DNA of 64,000 nucleotides from NCBI RefSeq assembly GCF_055900595.2, contig NZ_CM148325.1; one strand, 5' to 3'. Shown piece by piece: positions 54,580 to 63,530 of this stretch (position 1 is its first letter; each line of letters starts with the position of its first letter). The notes under the pieces were generated by a model. It saw only the letters and a program-made list of their open reading frames with translations, ran no database searches and was not told where the DNA came from. The position numbers and the translations under genes were made by a program.

Positions 54580-57090
54580 ATGAGCCATCACCACACGCAC
54601 CTGGCGTACCCGTGGAACGCCCCGCTGCCGGTTATTGATCCTGAGACATTCGGCAGAGCATTACCGCAGAAGCCAACCGCATTACAACGGGCAATCCGTG
54701 ACTACCTCACCGAAGACATTCGCACTGAGGCCCGGCTGGATGAAGAAACCGTGGCCTTCCTGACAACCACGGACAAAGGTAAGCAAATTAATTCACACCT
54801 TCACCGGGACGAAGAGCGGCAGATAAGGCTGGATAAGCTGGCACGACACAGACGCGAAAATCCGCCAACGGCGGTATCGGAGGCGATAGCCGAACTTCGC
54901 ACCCTGCCCTCGTTTCTTGCCAGTGTGTTGATCCGTGATCTGGCACGACTGAACCGGAAACAGCAAAGTGCCCGCAGTGAAGGTGTAAAAAACAACAGCG
55001 CATACGTGGCCGATAATTTCGTTCGCCGTGGACTGCGTGCGCGCCTGAAACGTATTGAAAGGGTTAACGACCGCTTTGCAACGCCGGCATTCAAAACCAC
55101 CGTCGTGCGCCATCGCCTTGAAGAACTGCTCACACTGCCGCAACTCACCCGTGACGAAATCCAGCGCATCGCCACACTGACAGCCCAGGCATTCGCCGCA
55201 GAATTTGAACGCATATGTGATGAAGTTCTTGAACGGACAGGCAAGGATAATGACAGCCCGGTTATCTGGCTGCTGGCCTACCAGAAGGTGGCACGCACAG
55301 CCTTAATTCTGGGCATGGTCCCGCCATACTGGCCGGAACTCGAAATCAGGCACAACCGACGCACACCGCCGGACCCTGAACGGGTTCCGGGTGCGGTACT
55401 GCGCATCACCTGCGCGACCTGGTGGAACAACCAGTTACGCCACGTCGCCGATCTCTGGCGGGAGGAGTTACTGCGCGCCGCCGGCAGAGTGTCACGTAAA
55501 CAATCCCCCTATATCAGCCATGAGTCACTACTGGAGTTCCGCGAGAAGCGCCAGCGCACCTGTGACTTTCTCAAAAGCTGGGATATTGAAAACGAAGACG
55601 GCGAGCGCCTGAGTCTGGAGGACGTGTACTGGGCTGGCCTGGGTAATCCACGCAACCGCCGCAATGAAATGATGGTCTGCGTCAGAGGGATGGAGATGGT
55701 GGCCGAATTACGGGCTGACGTCGCATTCTTCATCACAGTAACCACCCCTTCCCGCTTTCACAGCGTGAACGAGAACGGCAGCCTGAACCCGAAATACAAC
55801 GGTGCCACAGTACGAGATGCCAGTGATTATCTGGTTTACGACTTCTTCGCAGCCGTAAGAAAAAAAATAAAAAAAGAGGGGCTGGGCTGGTACGGCGTGC
55901 GAACCGCTGAGCCACACCATGACGGCACGCCACACTGGCATATGCTGGTATTCACTTCCCCGGAGAACGCAGAGCGCATCATCGAAATTATGCGCGAAGC
56001 AGCAATTAAATCAGATCGCCACGAACTGGGGGACGATATTTCACCGCGCTTTAAATGCGAGAAGATAGACCCGGAAAAAGGCACACCGGCAAGCTATATC
56101 GCAACCTATATCGGTAAGAACCTGGACGCCAGCGCTTTCCACAACAATGATCCGAAAACCGGAAAACCTTACGTTGATGAGGAATCCGGGAAAACCATGG
56201 CGGAAACCGTGGAGAACGCCATTGCCTGGGCAAGCCTTCACCGCATCCGTCAGTTCCAGTTTTTCGGCATTCCGCCCCGCCAGGTATGGCGTGAACTCCG
56301 CCGCCTTGCAAGCCAGATGGAGCGCAACCCGGCATCACCGAAGCACCTCGATCATGACGATATTGACGCCATTATGGCTGCCGCAGATGTGGGATGTTTT
56401 GCCACCTACATCATGAAACAGGGTGGTGTGCTCATTCCGCGCAACCAGTATCTGGTCCGCACCGCATACGAAACCGCAGACGAAGCCAACGACTACGGTG
56501 AACTCCCTCAACGTATCTACGGAATCTGCGCCCCGTCGCTCGGAGAGCGGTACACCATATGCACCCATCCGGACGAGTGGAAACTGGTTAAAAAAGAAAC
56601 AATACCAGACAACCGCACGGGCGAGGGTTTTGACCTTCAGGGCGACCCCGTCGCCCCTTGGACTCGTGGCAATAACTGTCCCCGGGATGAAAAAACAGAC
56701 AATCACGGACCAGAAAACAGGCAGGACCCCGGACGACTGACGCTTCCCGAAGAGAACCTGGAAAGCTGGCTGAATACGTTAAGCAGGGGCGATCGGAGAA
56801 AACTGCGTAATCAGATTAAAAATCAGCCGTCGGGCGCAAAAACCGGACAAAACGACACCACACCGGCATCTGACACCCCTGTAAGGGTGGGGATTGTCGT
56901 GCCTGCGGATACCGCGACGGACACGCAAATCGCCCGCGAACTTGATGCGCTGGGTGTGCAGTTGCCTGACGCGGCCATCATCTCCGTGCGTAACGGTGCC
57001 CGTGTGCGTCTGGATAACGGGGGAACAGCGTACTGGGATGAGTCAGCCCGTCACATCATCACAGAGCAGCCAGTGGAGGCGGGAGCATGA
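54580..57090 (+). CDS. P2 gpA-like rolling-circle replication initiator (HUH endonuclease)
   Basis: 836-aa ORF containing HWHMLVF (HUH-type motif); position between the early genes and the packaging genes as in P2. Confidence 0.88.
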   Translation: MSHHHTHLAYPWNAPLPVIDPETFGRALPQKPTALQRAIRDYLTEDIRTEARLDEETVAFLTTTDKGKQINSHLHRDEERQIRLDKLARHRRENPPTAVSEAIAELRTLPSFLASVLIRDLARLNRKQQSARSEGVKNNSAYVADNFVRRGLRARLKRIERVNDRFATPAFKTTVVRHRLEELLTLPQLTRDEIQRIATLTAQAFAAEFERICDEVLERTGKDNDSPVIWLLAYQKVARTALILGMVPPYWPELEIRHNRRTPPDPERVPGAVLRITCATWWNNQLRHVADLWREELLRAAGRVSRKQSPYISHESLLEFREKRQRTCDFLKSWDIENEDGERLSLEDVYWAGLGNPRNRRNEMMVCVRGMEMVAELRADVAFFITVTTPSRFHSVNENGSLNPKYNGATVRDASDYLVYDFFAAVRKKIKKEGLGWYGVRTAEPHHDGTPHWHMLVFTSPENAERIIEIMREAAIKSDRHELGDDISPRFKCEKIDPEKGTPASYIATYIGKNLDASAFHNNDPKTGKPYVDEESGKTMAETVENAIAWASLHRIRQFQFFGIPPRQVWRELRRLASQMERNPASPKHLDHDDIDAIMAAADVGCFATYIMKQGGVLIPRNQYLVRTAYETADEANDYGELPQRIYGICAPSLGERYTICTHPDEWKLVKKETIPDNRTGEGFDLQGDPVAPWTRGNNCPRDEKTDNHGPENRQDPGRLTLPEENLESWLNTLSRGDRRKLRNQIKNQPSGAKTGQNDTTPASDTPVRVGIVVPADTATDTQIARELDALGVQLPDAAIISVRNGARVRLDNGGTAYWDESARHIITEQPVEAGA

Positions 57091-57518
57091 CGCGATTTTG
57101 CTGCACCATGCAGCGCCCACAGTTTGAGGCCATCATGCGCCAGCGTATGCCGGTGCTGACACTGTTCAGGCCTGCCACAAGGCCACAACCGGGCGACGAG
57201 CTGGAAATCACGATAGTCAGCCCCGATCGCACCACGGAGACCACCATCGCCGACATACTCAACAGGCGGCCGGGCAGCGAGAGCCATAGCTGGACTGTCG
57301 TCATTCGTCCGCGCCGTTCGCCGGAGGAACCGGAGCCGTGCACGCCTGCCGGGAAAATCATGCAGAGATATCACGAAGAGCGGACACGCAGGCACAACGG
57401 CGGACTGGCCAGAACACTGAACACAGTCAATCACAAGGCCGCGCTGGCGCGAATGGTCTTTTCACCACAACGCAATTCATTCGCCAGACCAGCACAGAAC
57501 GGGAGGAAACAACAGTGA
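57087..57518 (+). CDS. hypothetical protein, translationally coupled to gpA (143 aa)
   Basis: ATG overlaps the gpA stop (ATGA) with SD GGAGG; C-terminal half is low-complexity (R/P/E-rich). Confidence 0.45.
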   Translation: MTRFCCTMQRPQFEAIMRQRMPVLTLFRPATRPQPGDELEITIVSPDRTTETTIADILNRRPGSESHSWTVVIRPRRSPEEPEPCTPAGKIMQRYHEERTRRHNGGLARTLNTVNHKAALARMVFSPQRNSFARPAQNGRKQQ

Positions 57519-57709
57519 GCAGAATATTACTTTTTCTGCTGTTTTTCGCGCCATTCGCACAATCAGCCACGCCGAACTGCGTAGCGAAAAAGAGCAACAC
57601 CGTTGTCATTGTCCAGTGTGATGACGGCACGGTAACAATCACCGACTCGAGCAAAGGAAGCGTCATTGTCTGCCGTAAAGAGAAACCCTGTCAGCGAACC
57701 GAACTTTGA
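57515..57709 (+). CDS. small secreted protein (64 aa; signal peptide plus 4-Cys mature part)
   Basis: GTG start overlapping the previous stop (GTGA), SD GGGAGG; N-terminus SRILLFLLFFAPFAQSA is a typical signal peptide; mature part has 4 Cys. Confidence 0.45.
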   Translation: MSRILLFLLFFAPFAQSATPNCVAKKSNTVVIVQCDDGTVTITDSSKGSVIVCRKEKPCQRTEL

Positions 57710-57720
57710 AGGAAAAATAT

Positions 57721-58035
57721 ATGAACAGGAAACAGAAGCAGGAACTGAAAGGCTTCTTACGTAAAGAAATTGCCAGGCTGGAAGATGTGGAATCTCAGTC
57801 ATCAGATATTCCATTCGGAATGGATATCAACGACGCCTGTATGCTCCAGGTATACCGCATAGCTCAGGCTGCACTACAGGCAAAACCGTCAGATGGACTG
57901 GTTAGAGCAGTACGTTTCTATGAACTGGTAAAGCGTGAGAATCCGCCAGTCGAAACCGGAGCATGGCAAGACGCTGTTGACTGGGTGCTCAAAGAGGCTT
58001 GTCAGGTTGTAAACACTGGCATCAAAGGAGACTGA
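57721..58035 (+). CDS. hypothetical protein (104 aa), first gene of coupled triplet
   Basis: Internal ATG of track ORF 57706..58035 (which starts at TTG) with SD AAGGA; stop is 1 nt before the next ATG. Confidence 0.5.
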   Translation: MNRKQKQELKGFLRKEIARLEDVESQSSDIPFGMDINDACMLQVYRIAQAALQAKPSDGLVRAVRFYELVKRENPPVETGAWQDAVDWVLKEACQVVNTGIKGD

Positions 58036-58036
58036 T

Positions 58037-58246
58037 ATGGCTATTGCCGCAAGTTACACCATGCATCTCTATTGTGATTGTCGCCAGTGTACAAATGGTA
58101 AATATCAAACGCCAGACTTCGGTGAATATATCGGTACGTCATGGACTGGCTGTGCAAAAGAGGCGCGTAAGGATGGCTGGCGAATAAGCAAAGACAAAAC
58201 TCGTGCTTTTGCGCCCGGGCATAAAGTTTTGAGGATTAACAAATGA
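58037..58246 (+). CDS. Cys-rich zinc-ribbon-like small protein (69 aa)
   Basis: ORF MAIAASYTMHLYCDCRQCTNGKYQTPDFGEYIGTSWTGCAKEARKDGW.. (CxC-x2-C..C); SD AAGGAG 7 nt upstream. Confidence 0.5.
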   Translation: MAIAASYTMHLYCDCRQCTNGKYQTPDFGEYIGTSWTGCAKEARKDGWRISKDKTRAFAPGHKVLRINK

Positions 58247-58644
58247 CCACTATAACCAAAGAGCGACTACTGACAATCAGGCAGTGGCGCGAAACATACG
58301 GACCTGGTAGCAACGTTGTACTGCCAGCCGAAGAAGCGGAAAAACTGGCACGGATTGCTTTGGCATCGCTGGAAGCAAAACCAATAGGTGCTTTCCACAT
58401 TGCAGAACAGCAGGTCGATGGCACAAGTGACTACATCAAGGATGGGGAGTACCGCTTGCTGACATCTGAAGAACAAAAGATAGCCCAACTTTTAGGCGAT
58501 GCATGGAACCTGTATTTTACATTGCCAGTTGAGCATCCAATGGGTAGAGATGAATTTTGCCGGGCAATTCATCATTGCCAAAATATGGTGTTGGCACGCC
58601 CTGCCATCAGGGCGCTGGCCAGTAAGGGGCAAGGCTATAAATAG
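58243..58644 (+). CDS. hypothetical protein (133 aa), third gene of coupled triplet
   Basis: ATGA overlap with the preceding gene; SD GAGGA; followed by a terminator hairpin. Confidence 0.55.
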   Translation: MTTITKERLLTIRQWRETYGPGSNVVLPAEEAEKLARIALASLEAKPIGAFHIAEQQVDGTSDYIKDGEYRLLTSEEQKIAQLLGDAWNLYFTLPVEHPMGRDEFCRAIHHCQNMVLARPAIRALASKGQGYK

Positions 58645-58651
58645 ATGAGCA

Positions 58652-58680
58652 AAACGCCCTCCTCCAGGGCGTTTATTTCA
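58652..58680 (+). terminator. rho-independent terminator after the coupled cargo genes
   Basis: ACGCCCT-CCTCC-AGGGCGT hairpin followed by TTATTT. Confidence 0.55.
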
Positions 58681-59134
58681 ATGCACAATAGTGCACAAAT
58701 TTGCACAATTTTTTTGAACGACTTTTTGCCCTTCCGGCCCGTGTGGCGTCTGGATCCGTCGGGGATCCGTGCGTGCACGAAAAAAGGCCTTTTTCTGCGC
58801 GCAGGTGACGGGGGAACAGCCCGCGTTTCAGGGGGTAAATAGCATTCCCTGAACGATGTTGCAGCGACACAACAGAATGGCTGTATTTCTCACGCTGAGC
58901 GTAAAAAAGACGTAAAAGCTTGATTTGATGGGGGTGAAAGATAAGGCCGTCAAAATCGCACTGAGGCAGCGAGAATATGTCGTCAGAGTTGCGGGGTTGC
59001 GTAAGCATCCGCCCGGCGATGATGGCTACAAGGTTGGAGATGTTGTGAAATTATCTGAAGGAATAACCAGCTTGCAGGAGAACCCGGGCAAAGTCAGAAT
59101 AGCGGCAGGCATCAACTCAAAAGAGGATAATGTC

Positions 59135-59638
59135 ATGAGCCACTTTAATGATTTATGCCAGATCAATCGTGAAGCTGAAGAAAAACGCGCTGAGGCAGCT
59201 CAAATTTTGCGGGATGAAGCGGCAAGGCTGATTGATTTCTATGAAGAATGGCTGGGGCTTCCATCCATGTACTGGGAAGACGATGATGGCGACCTGCACC
59301 GCTACGTGGAGACAGGCTTGCCATGTAAGACAGCGGCGGATTTTAGTCCTCTTTCAGTCCACAATATCGCATCTGCACCAGACAATATTTTCCGCATGGC
59401 CGTGCGAACCTGGGTTAAGTCATCTGACAGCAGCTACCCGGTAAGCGTGGTTATTGCACTTGAATTATATTCAGTAGATGCGGAACGGGTGTCTCTGAGA
59501 GTCCGGGTGGAAGACGATATTTCTGTTCGCGTATTTATCAATAAACCCAGCGAAGAAGCCTGGGGCGATGTTGTTATGCACATGAAAAAGCACATCGCTA
59601 ATCACCTGAAAAAGCGAGCGCCATCAGCACTTCGTTAA
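59135..59638 (+). CDS. hypothetical cargo protein (167 aa)
   Basis: Internal ATG of track ORF 58925..59638 (which starts at TTG) with SD AGAGGA; MSHFNDLCQINREAEEKRAEAAQILRDEAARLIDFYEEWLGLPSMYWEDDDGD..; the upstream in-frame extension may be spurious. Confidence 0.5.
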   Translation: MSHFNDLCQINREAEEKRAEAAQILRDEAARLIDFYEEWLGLPSMYWEDDDGDLHRYVETGLPCKTAADFSPLSVHNIASAPDNIFRMAVRTWVKSSDSSYPVSVVIALELYSVDAERVSLRVRVEDDISVRVFINKPSEEAWGDVVMHMKKHIANHLKKRAPSALR

Positions 59639-59656
59639 GCAGAGCTGGAGAGTCGG

Positions 59657-59679
59657 GGCATAAATTTTTTATGCCCCGG
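59657..59679. terminator. strong 10-bp-stem palindrome between cargo gene and Q
   Basis: GGGGCATAAA-TTT-TTTATGCCCC between convergent genes; no clear U-tract, so terminator function is inferred. Confidence 0.45.
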
Positions 59680-59704
59680 CGAAGCAGCAGACAAGCGAAG
59701 CGCG

Positions 59705-60760
59705 TCAGGATATGGGCTGGGTGTCTAACAGTGCGTAAGGGTTAAAACGGATCACCTCTTCGCCCAGCCAGTCGTTGACGTGTTTCATTGCTTCCATGAC
59801 GGGCATCAGTTCGTTAATGGCAAACACACGGGCTGCCTTCTCCACATCCCCGAATGACCCCTTCTCACCCGGCATGGCCCCCATCAGCTGCGGCGGTACA
59901 CGGTGCACGGACAGCACATCATCACGCGATGCAGCCTTGACGTTCATGAACTCATCCTTTGCGGTGATTTGCTGAAACGGCAAAATCTGTACGCCATCCT
60001 TACCACCTCCCGCCGCGTGGATGAGCAGATTTTTAAACGCCCCGCCACCACGCGCGCTTTGCAGTGTTTCCCGCAGTTTTTCCATGCTTTCACGGTCAAC
60101 CTGCGCCGCACCGATGTAGACAATACAGCCCGCGTGTGAGCCGTTATCGTAGTAGAGCTTGCGGAAGATATCGGCGGAATGTGACAGGCTGGCAGACAGC
60201 AGGCCGCCCAGGTAATCCGGCATCCCGTAAATCTCCTGGTTGATATCAGGATTCATCAGGTGGCATATCGTCCCCTCACGAAAGCGGTACTCTTCCTGTC
60301 CTTCCTGTATATACCACCATGATTTCATATCGCTGCCACGTCGCATGTATTTCGCCAGCGCCCGGCGCAGGGCCAGCGGTTCGCCAAGCATGTTGCGCCG
60401 CAGCTCAAGACAGGCATTACCGAACACAAACCAGTCCATCGCCACCCCGGCGAACTCCTGGCGGGACAGCAGAGGATGTGGAATATAGCAGCCCAGCAGC
60501 ACATTACGTTTGAAGCTGAGCGCCGACTGGTGCCAGGACGTCTGGCGGGCAGCCCGTGCCAGTCCGTACCAGTCAACGGGCGTTTCAAACCACCGCCCGT
60601 TGTCGGCGCAGTACATGCTGTCCAGCAGGTCGGCCCCTGACAGCCGGTAAGGTCCTTCAAACGTGAAGGCACTCAGTGTCGGGTCGCTTCGCAGGGAATC
60701 CGCAAGGCTGCCCTGCGCTGCGCGGGCGTTCGTACGTCGTTGTTTATTTTTTCTGCTCAT
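59705..60760 (-). CDS. P2 gpQ-like portal protein
   Basis: 351-aa ORF immediately downstream of, and 1-nt coupled to, the terminase gene; size and position match P2 Q. Confidence 0.85.
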   Translation of the reverse strand: MSRKNKQRRTNARAAQGSLADSLRSDPTLSAFTFEGPYRLSGADLLDSMYCADNGRWFETPVDWYGLARAARQTSWHQSALSFKRNVLLGCYIPHPLLSRQEFAGVAMDWFVFGNACLELRRNMLGEPLALRRALAKYMRRGSDMKSWWYIQEGQEEYRFREGTICHLMNPDINQEIYGMPDYLGGLLSASLSHSADIFRKLYYDNGSHAGCIVYIGAAQVDRESMEKLRETLQSARGGGAFKNLLIHAAGGGKDGVQILPFQQITAKDEFMNVKAASRDDVLSVHRVPPQLMGAMPGEKGSFGDVEKAARVFAINELMPVMEAMKHVNDWLGEEVIRFNPYALLDTQPIS

Positions 60761-62511
60761 CAGAACTCCGTAACACTGAAGGGGGCGGCATCATGTTCAC
60801 CGCCGACAGGTTCGTTGATAACGGCCAGCATGGTGGCCCATGCAAGATCGCCATGGCTTACGCCTCTTGCGCGATCTGTTTCGTAGGTGATAAATCCGGC
60901 CTGCGTTTTTGTTTTGCGTACCGCGTTAAAGGCGCTCACCAGTTCGCGCTCGCTGCGGTCGTACTCCCACCGCCCGGCGCGCATGAGCTGCAGCATCTTC
61001 AGAACCAGCGTGCGCTTTGATGACAGGGTGAAGGTGTAGGGAATGGCTGCCGGAAAAAAGCGCTTCACAATCTGATACACCGCATCCCCGTGACCGCCGG
61101 TTACGTCAATACCGATATGCTCAACGTTATAGCGAAAGGTGAACTCTTCAATCACCTTCGCCTGCGCCTCAAACTCCAGCCCCTGCACCCGCCGCGTCTC
61201 CACGGTGCGAAAACGCCCGCCCGGTACGGCTGGCGGCACCACCACGACAACCGCCCCGCTGTCACCGTTCCCGCTACTGCCGTTGGCGTCGTACCCAATC
61301 CACACAGGGCGGTTCCCCATCGGACGCGGTGCAAACGGCTTCCAGTCCGGCCACTCGTCGTATCCGTCAACACCGCAGCCAATCAGGATATTCAGGTTAA
61401 ATGCCGATTCCCCTTCGCGAGCAAATTCACACATGTAGAGATTGCGGAACTCGTCTTCAGTGTTATTGCGCCGGATTTTGTCAATGTTGGTTAACGTCCA
61501 TCCCTGACTGACCACATCTTCCAGCGTCACAATTTGCCGCCAGATATAGTCAGGACAGATAAGGCCGTTATGAAGCGCATTCCAGCTCACATCAAAATGC
61601 TGACGTTTATGAGTACGAAGCCCTTCATTCCAGTGATCGCCGTTCCAGTATGCATACGCCTCATGTGTTTCACTTGATGGCGTGGAAAAATAGGTACACC
61701 GCAAACCATCCAGCGTTGCCATAGCAGCAGCCACCTTGCGCAGCTCTGCGAAACGCCCCGTCCAGAAAAACTCATCAAAATACAGATTCCCTGTGTACGC
61801 TTGCGCGGTGGCCGCAGAAGTGCCGAGAAAATGCAGCTCTGCACCGTTGGAGAGGATGACTTTATCGCCCCCTTTCAGTTCCACATCAACTTCAGATGCA
61901 GCCTTCTGAATAATGCTTTTAAACTGGAGCGCCTGACGACGAGACGCAGACAAAAAAATCTGGTTACGCTGGTAAGGTTGTGCCACATCGTCACGCAGCG
62001 CCATCAGCAGCGCTTCCTGCGCAAAATACCAGGTCGCCCCAATCTGGCGGGATTTCAGGATCATCCTGTCAGTAATTCCGGCACGCTCACAGGCACCGAT
62101 AGCATCAAGCCATTTGCGCTGGTGTCCGGCCAGCCTGTCGGTAATTTTTTCCCGCAGCGCCGCGATCTGTTCCGGCGTGAAATGATTTTTGTGTTTTTTC
62201 GCCCGGCCTTTCTTTCCTGTTGCCGTCTCATCCGGCAGACCGTCATGCAGCTTTTTAAGCTGACGGGTCAGCAAATCAATTTCCTTAAAGTCCCCGCCTG
62301 TTTTATTCTGTTTTTCCGTGAGCTGAATGAGTCGCGCATCCATGGACTGCGTGACACGCTGAACCGGGGGCGTCTCATCCCACTGGTCGCGTTTTTTCCA
62401 CGAATGGATCGTGTTCTGGTTGATACCCATAAGGCGGGAAATTTCCGCAACAGGGTAACCCTGCCAGTACAGCTGGCGTGCCCGCTGGCGAACAAATGTA
62501 TCCTGAATCAT
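60760..62511 (-). CDS. P2 gpP-like terminase large (ATPase) subunit
   Basis: 583-aa ORF, size and position match P2 P; divergent from O/N. Confidence 0.88.
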   Translation of the reverse strand: MIQDTFVRQRARQLYWQGYPVAEISRLMGINQNTIHSWKKRDQWDETPPVQRVTQSMDARLIQLTEKQNKTGGDFKEIDLLTRQLKKLHDGLPDETATGKKGRAKKHKNHFTPEQIAALREKITDRLAGHQRKWLDAIGACERAGITDRMILKSRQIGATWYFAQEALLMALRDDVAQPYQRNQIFLSASRRQALQFKSIIQKAASEVDVELKGGDKVILSNGAELHFLGTSAATAQAYTGNLYFDEFFWTGRFAELRKVAAAMATLDGLRCTYFSTPSSETHEAYAYWNGDHWNEGLRTHKRQHFDVSWNALHNGLICPDYIWRQIVTLEDVVSQGWTLTNIDKIRRNNTEDEFRNLYMCEFAREGESAFNLNILIGCGVDGYDEWPDWKPFAPRPMGNRPVWIGYDANGSSGNGDSGAVVVVVPPAVPGGRFRTVETRRVQGLEFEAQAKVIEEFTFRYNVEHIGIDVTGGHGDAVYQIVKRFFPAAIPYTFTLSSKRTLVLKMLQLMRAGRWEYDRSERELVSAFNAVRKTKTQAGFITYETDRARGVSHGDLAWATMLAVINEPVGGEHDAAPFSVTEF

Positions 62512-62576
62512 TTCTCCCCCTCATGTGATTCAGGCAGTTTACTCACCCCTTACAGGCCTCCTGCCATGCCCGGTGT

Positions 62577-62594
62577 TGTCGGCATTCGCTTACA
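62577..62594. promoter_or_regulatory. candidate Ogr-type late-promoter activator site (TGT-N12-ACA)
   Basis: TGTCGGCATTCGCTTACA in the P/O divergent intergenic region, about 70 bp upstream of the O start; matches the known P2/P4 late-promoter dyad pattern. Confidence 0.45.
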
Positions 62595-62665
62595 ACAAAC
62601 GCACTTTGTCTGTCCCTGCCCCGTTTTGCCATCATGAGACAAACGATCATCACGAGGGCCCGACA

Positions 62666-63502
62666 ATGCCTGAACAGAAAAAAACATCCCGTAAAACATT
62701 CCGCGTGGCCGTTTCCGGTCCCACCGCAGACGGTCGCGAAATCAGTGCCGCAGATTTGCGCGCGGCGGCCAGTAACTTCAACCCTGAGATTTACGGCGCA
62801 CGCGTGAACGTGGAGCACTGGCTTTCACCGGTTCCGTCCAGTGAATTTTCCGCCATGGGTGATGTGACGGCACTGAGCACAGAAGAAATCACCGAAGGTC
62901 CGCTGGTCGGTCGTACTGCGCTGTATGCGGAAATCGAACCCACCGACCGCATGAAAAATCTGGTCTCCCGGGGTAAGAAAATTTACTCCAGTATTGAGCT
63001 GGCACGAAATTTCACCCCTACGGGCACCCCGTATCTTATTGGCCTTGCCATGACAGACACCCCGGCAAGCATCGGCACGGAGCGTCTTCAGTTCGCCCTG
63101 CAGCAGCGCCGTTCGGTCATGACCTTCAATAATCAGCAGACGGAAGCACCGATGTTCTCTGACGCCATTGAGGCTGAAGTGATCGAACTGACGGAGCGCC
63201 GCAGCGAGGAAGGTGCGCAGTGGCTTAACCGCGTGATGAACATGATTGGGCGAGGACGCAGGGCTGACGACACCCGGTTCTCCCGCATTCATGACGCCGT
63301 TGAGGGGATAGCCTCATCGCATGCCGACCTTCTCGACCGCTTCAGTGCACTGGAATCGCGCCATCAGGCAGACAGACAGAAAATCGCCACCCTGTCCACT
63401 GAGCTGGCAGAGCTGAAAAACAGACTGCGCGGACTGGACGCTGATCAGGAAAGTCGTTTTACGGCAACCGGCGGGCAGTCCAGACAACTGGCTGACTACT
63501 GA
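62666..63502 (+). CDS. P2 gpO-like capsid scaffolding protein
   Basis: Internal ATG of track ORF 62525..63502; MPEQKKTSRKTFRVAVSGPTADGREISAADL.. resembles P2 gpO (..FRIGVEGDTCDGRVISAQDI..) as I recall it. Confidence 0.85.
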   Translation: MPEQKKTSRKTFRVAVSGPTADGREISAADLRAAASNFNPEIYGARVNVEHWLSPVPSSEFSAMGDVTALSTEEITEGPLVGRTALYAEIEPTDRMKNLVSRGKKIYSSIELARNFTPTGTPYLIGLAMTDTPASIGTERLQFALQQRRSVMTFNNQQTEAPMFSDAIEAEVIELTERRSEEGAQWLNRVMNMIGRGRRADDTRFSRIHDAVEGIASSHADLLDRFSALESRHQADRQKIATLSTELAELKNRLRGLDADQESRFTATGGQSRQLADY

Positions 63503-63530
63503 CAGAAATAACCACAAGAGGTGATAACCG

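Noticed and set aside
54580-57090. Pseudogenisation or fusion of gpA (836 aa versus the roughly 760 aa I recall for P2 A)
   Set aside because: The ORF is continuous with a single HUH motif and no internal frameshift signature; the length difference is within normal variation among P2-family A proteins, so not reported as a finding.
58645-58842. 65-aa ORF directly after the coupled cargo genes
   Set aside because: Its first codons are the terminator hairpin and it spans the tandem repeats and palindromes; no SD. Treated as non-coding.
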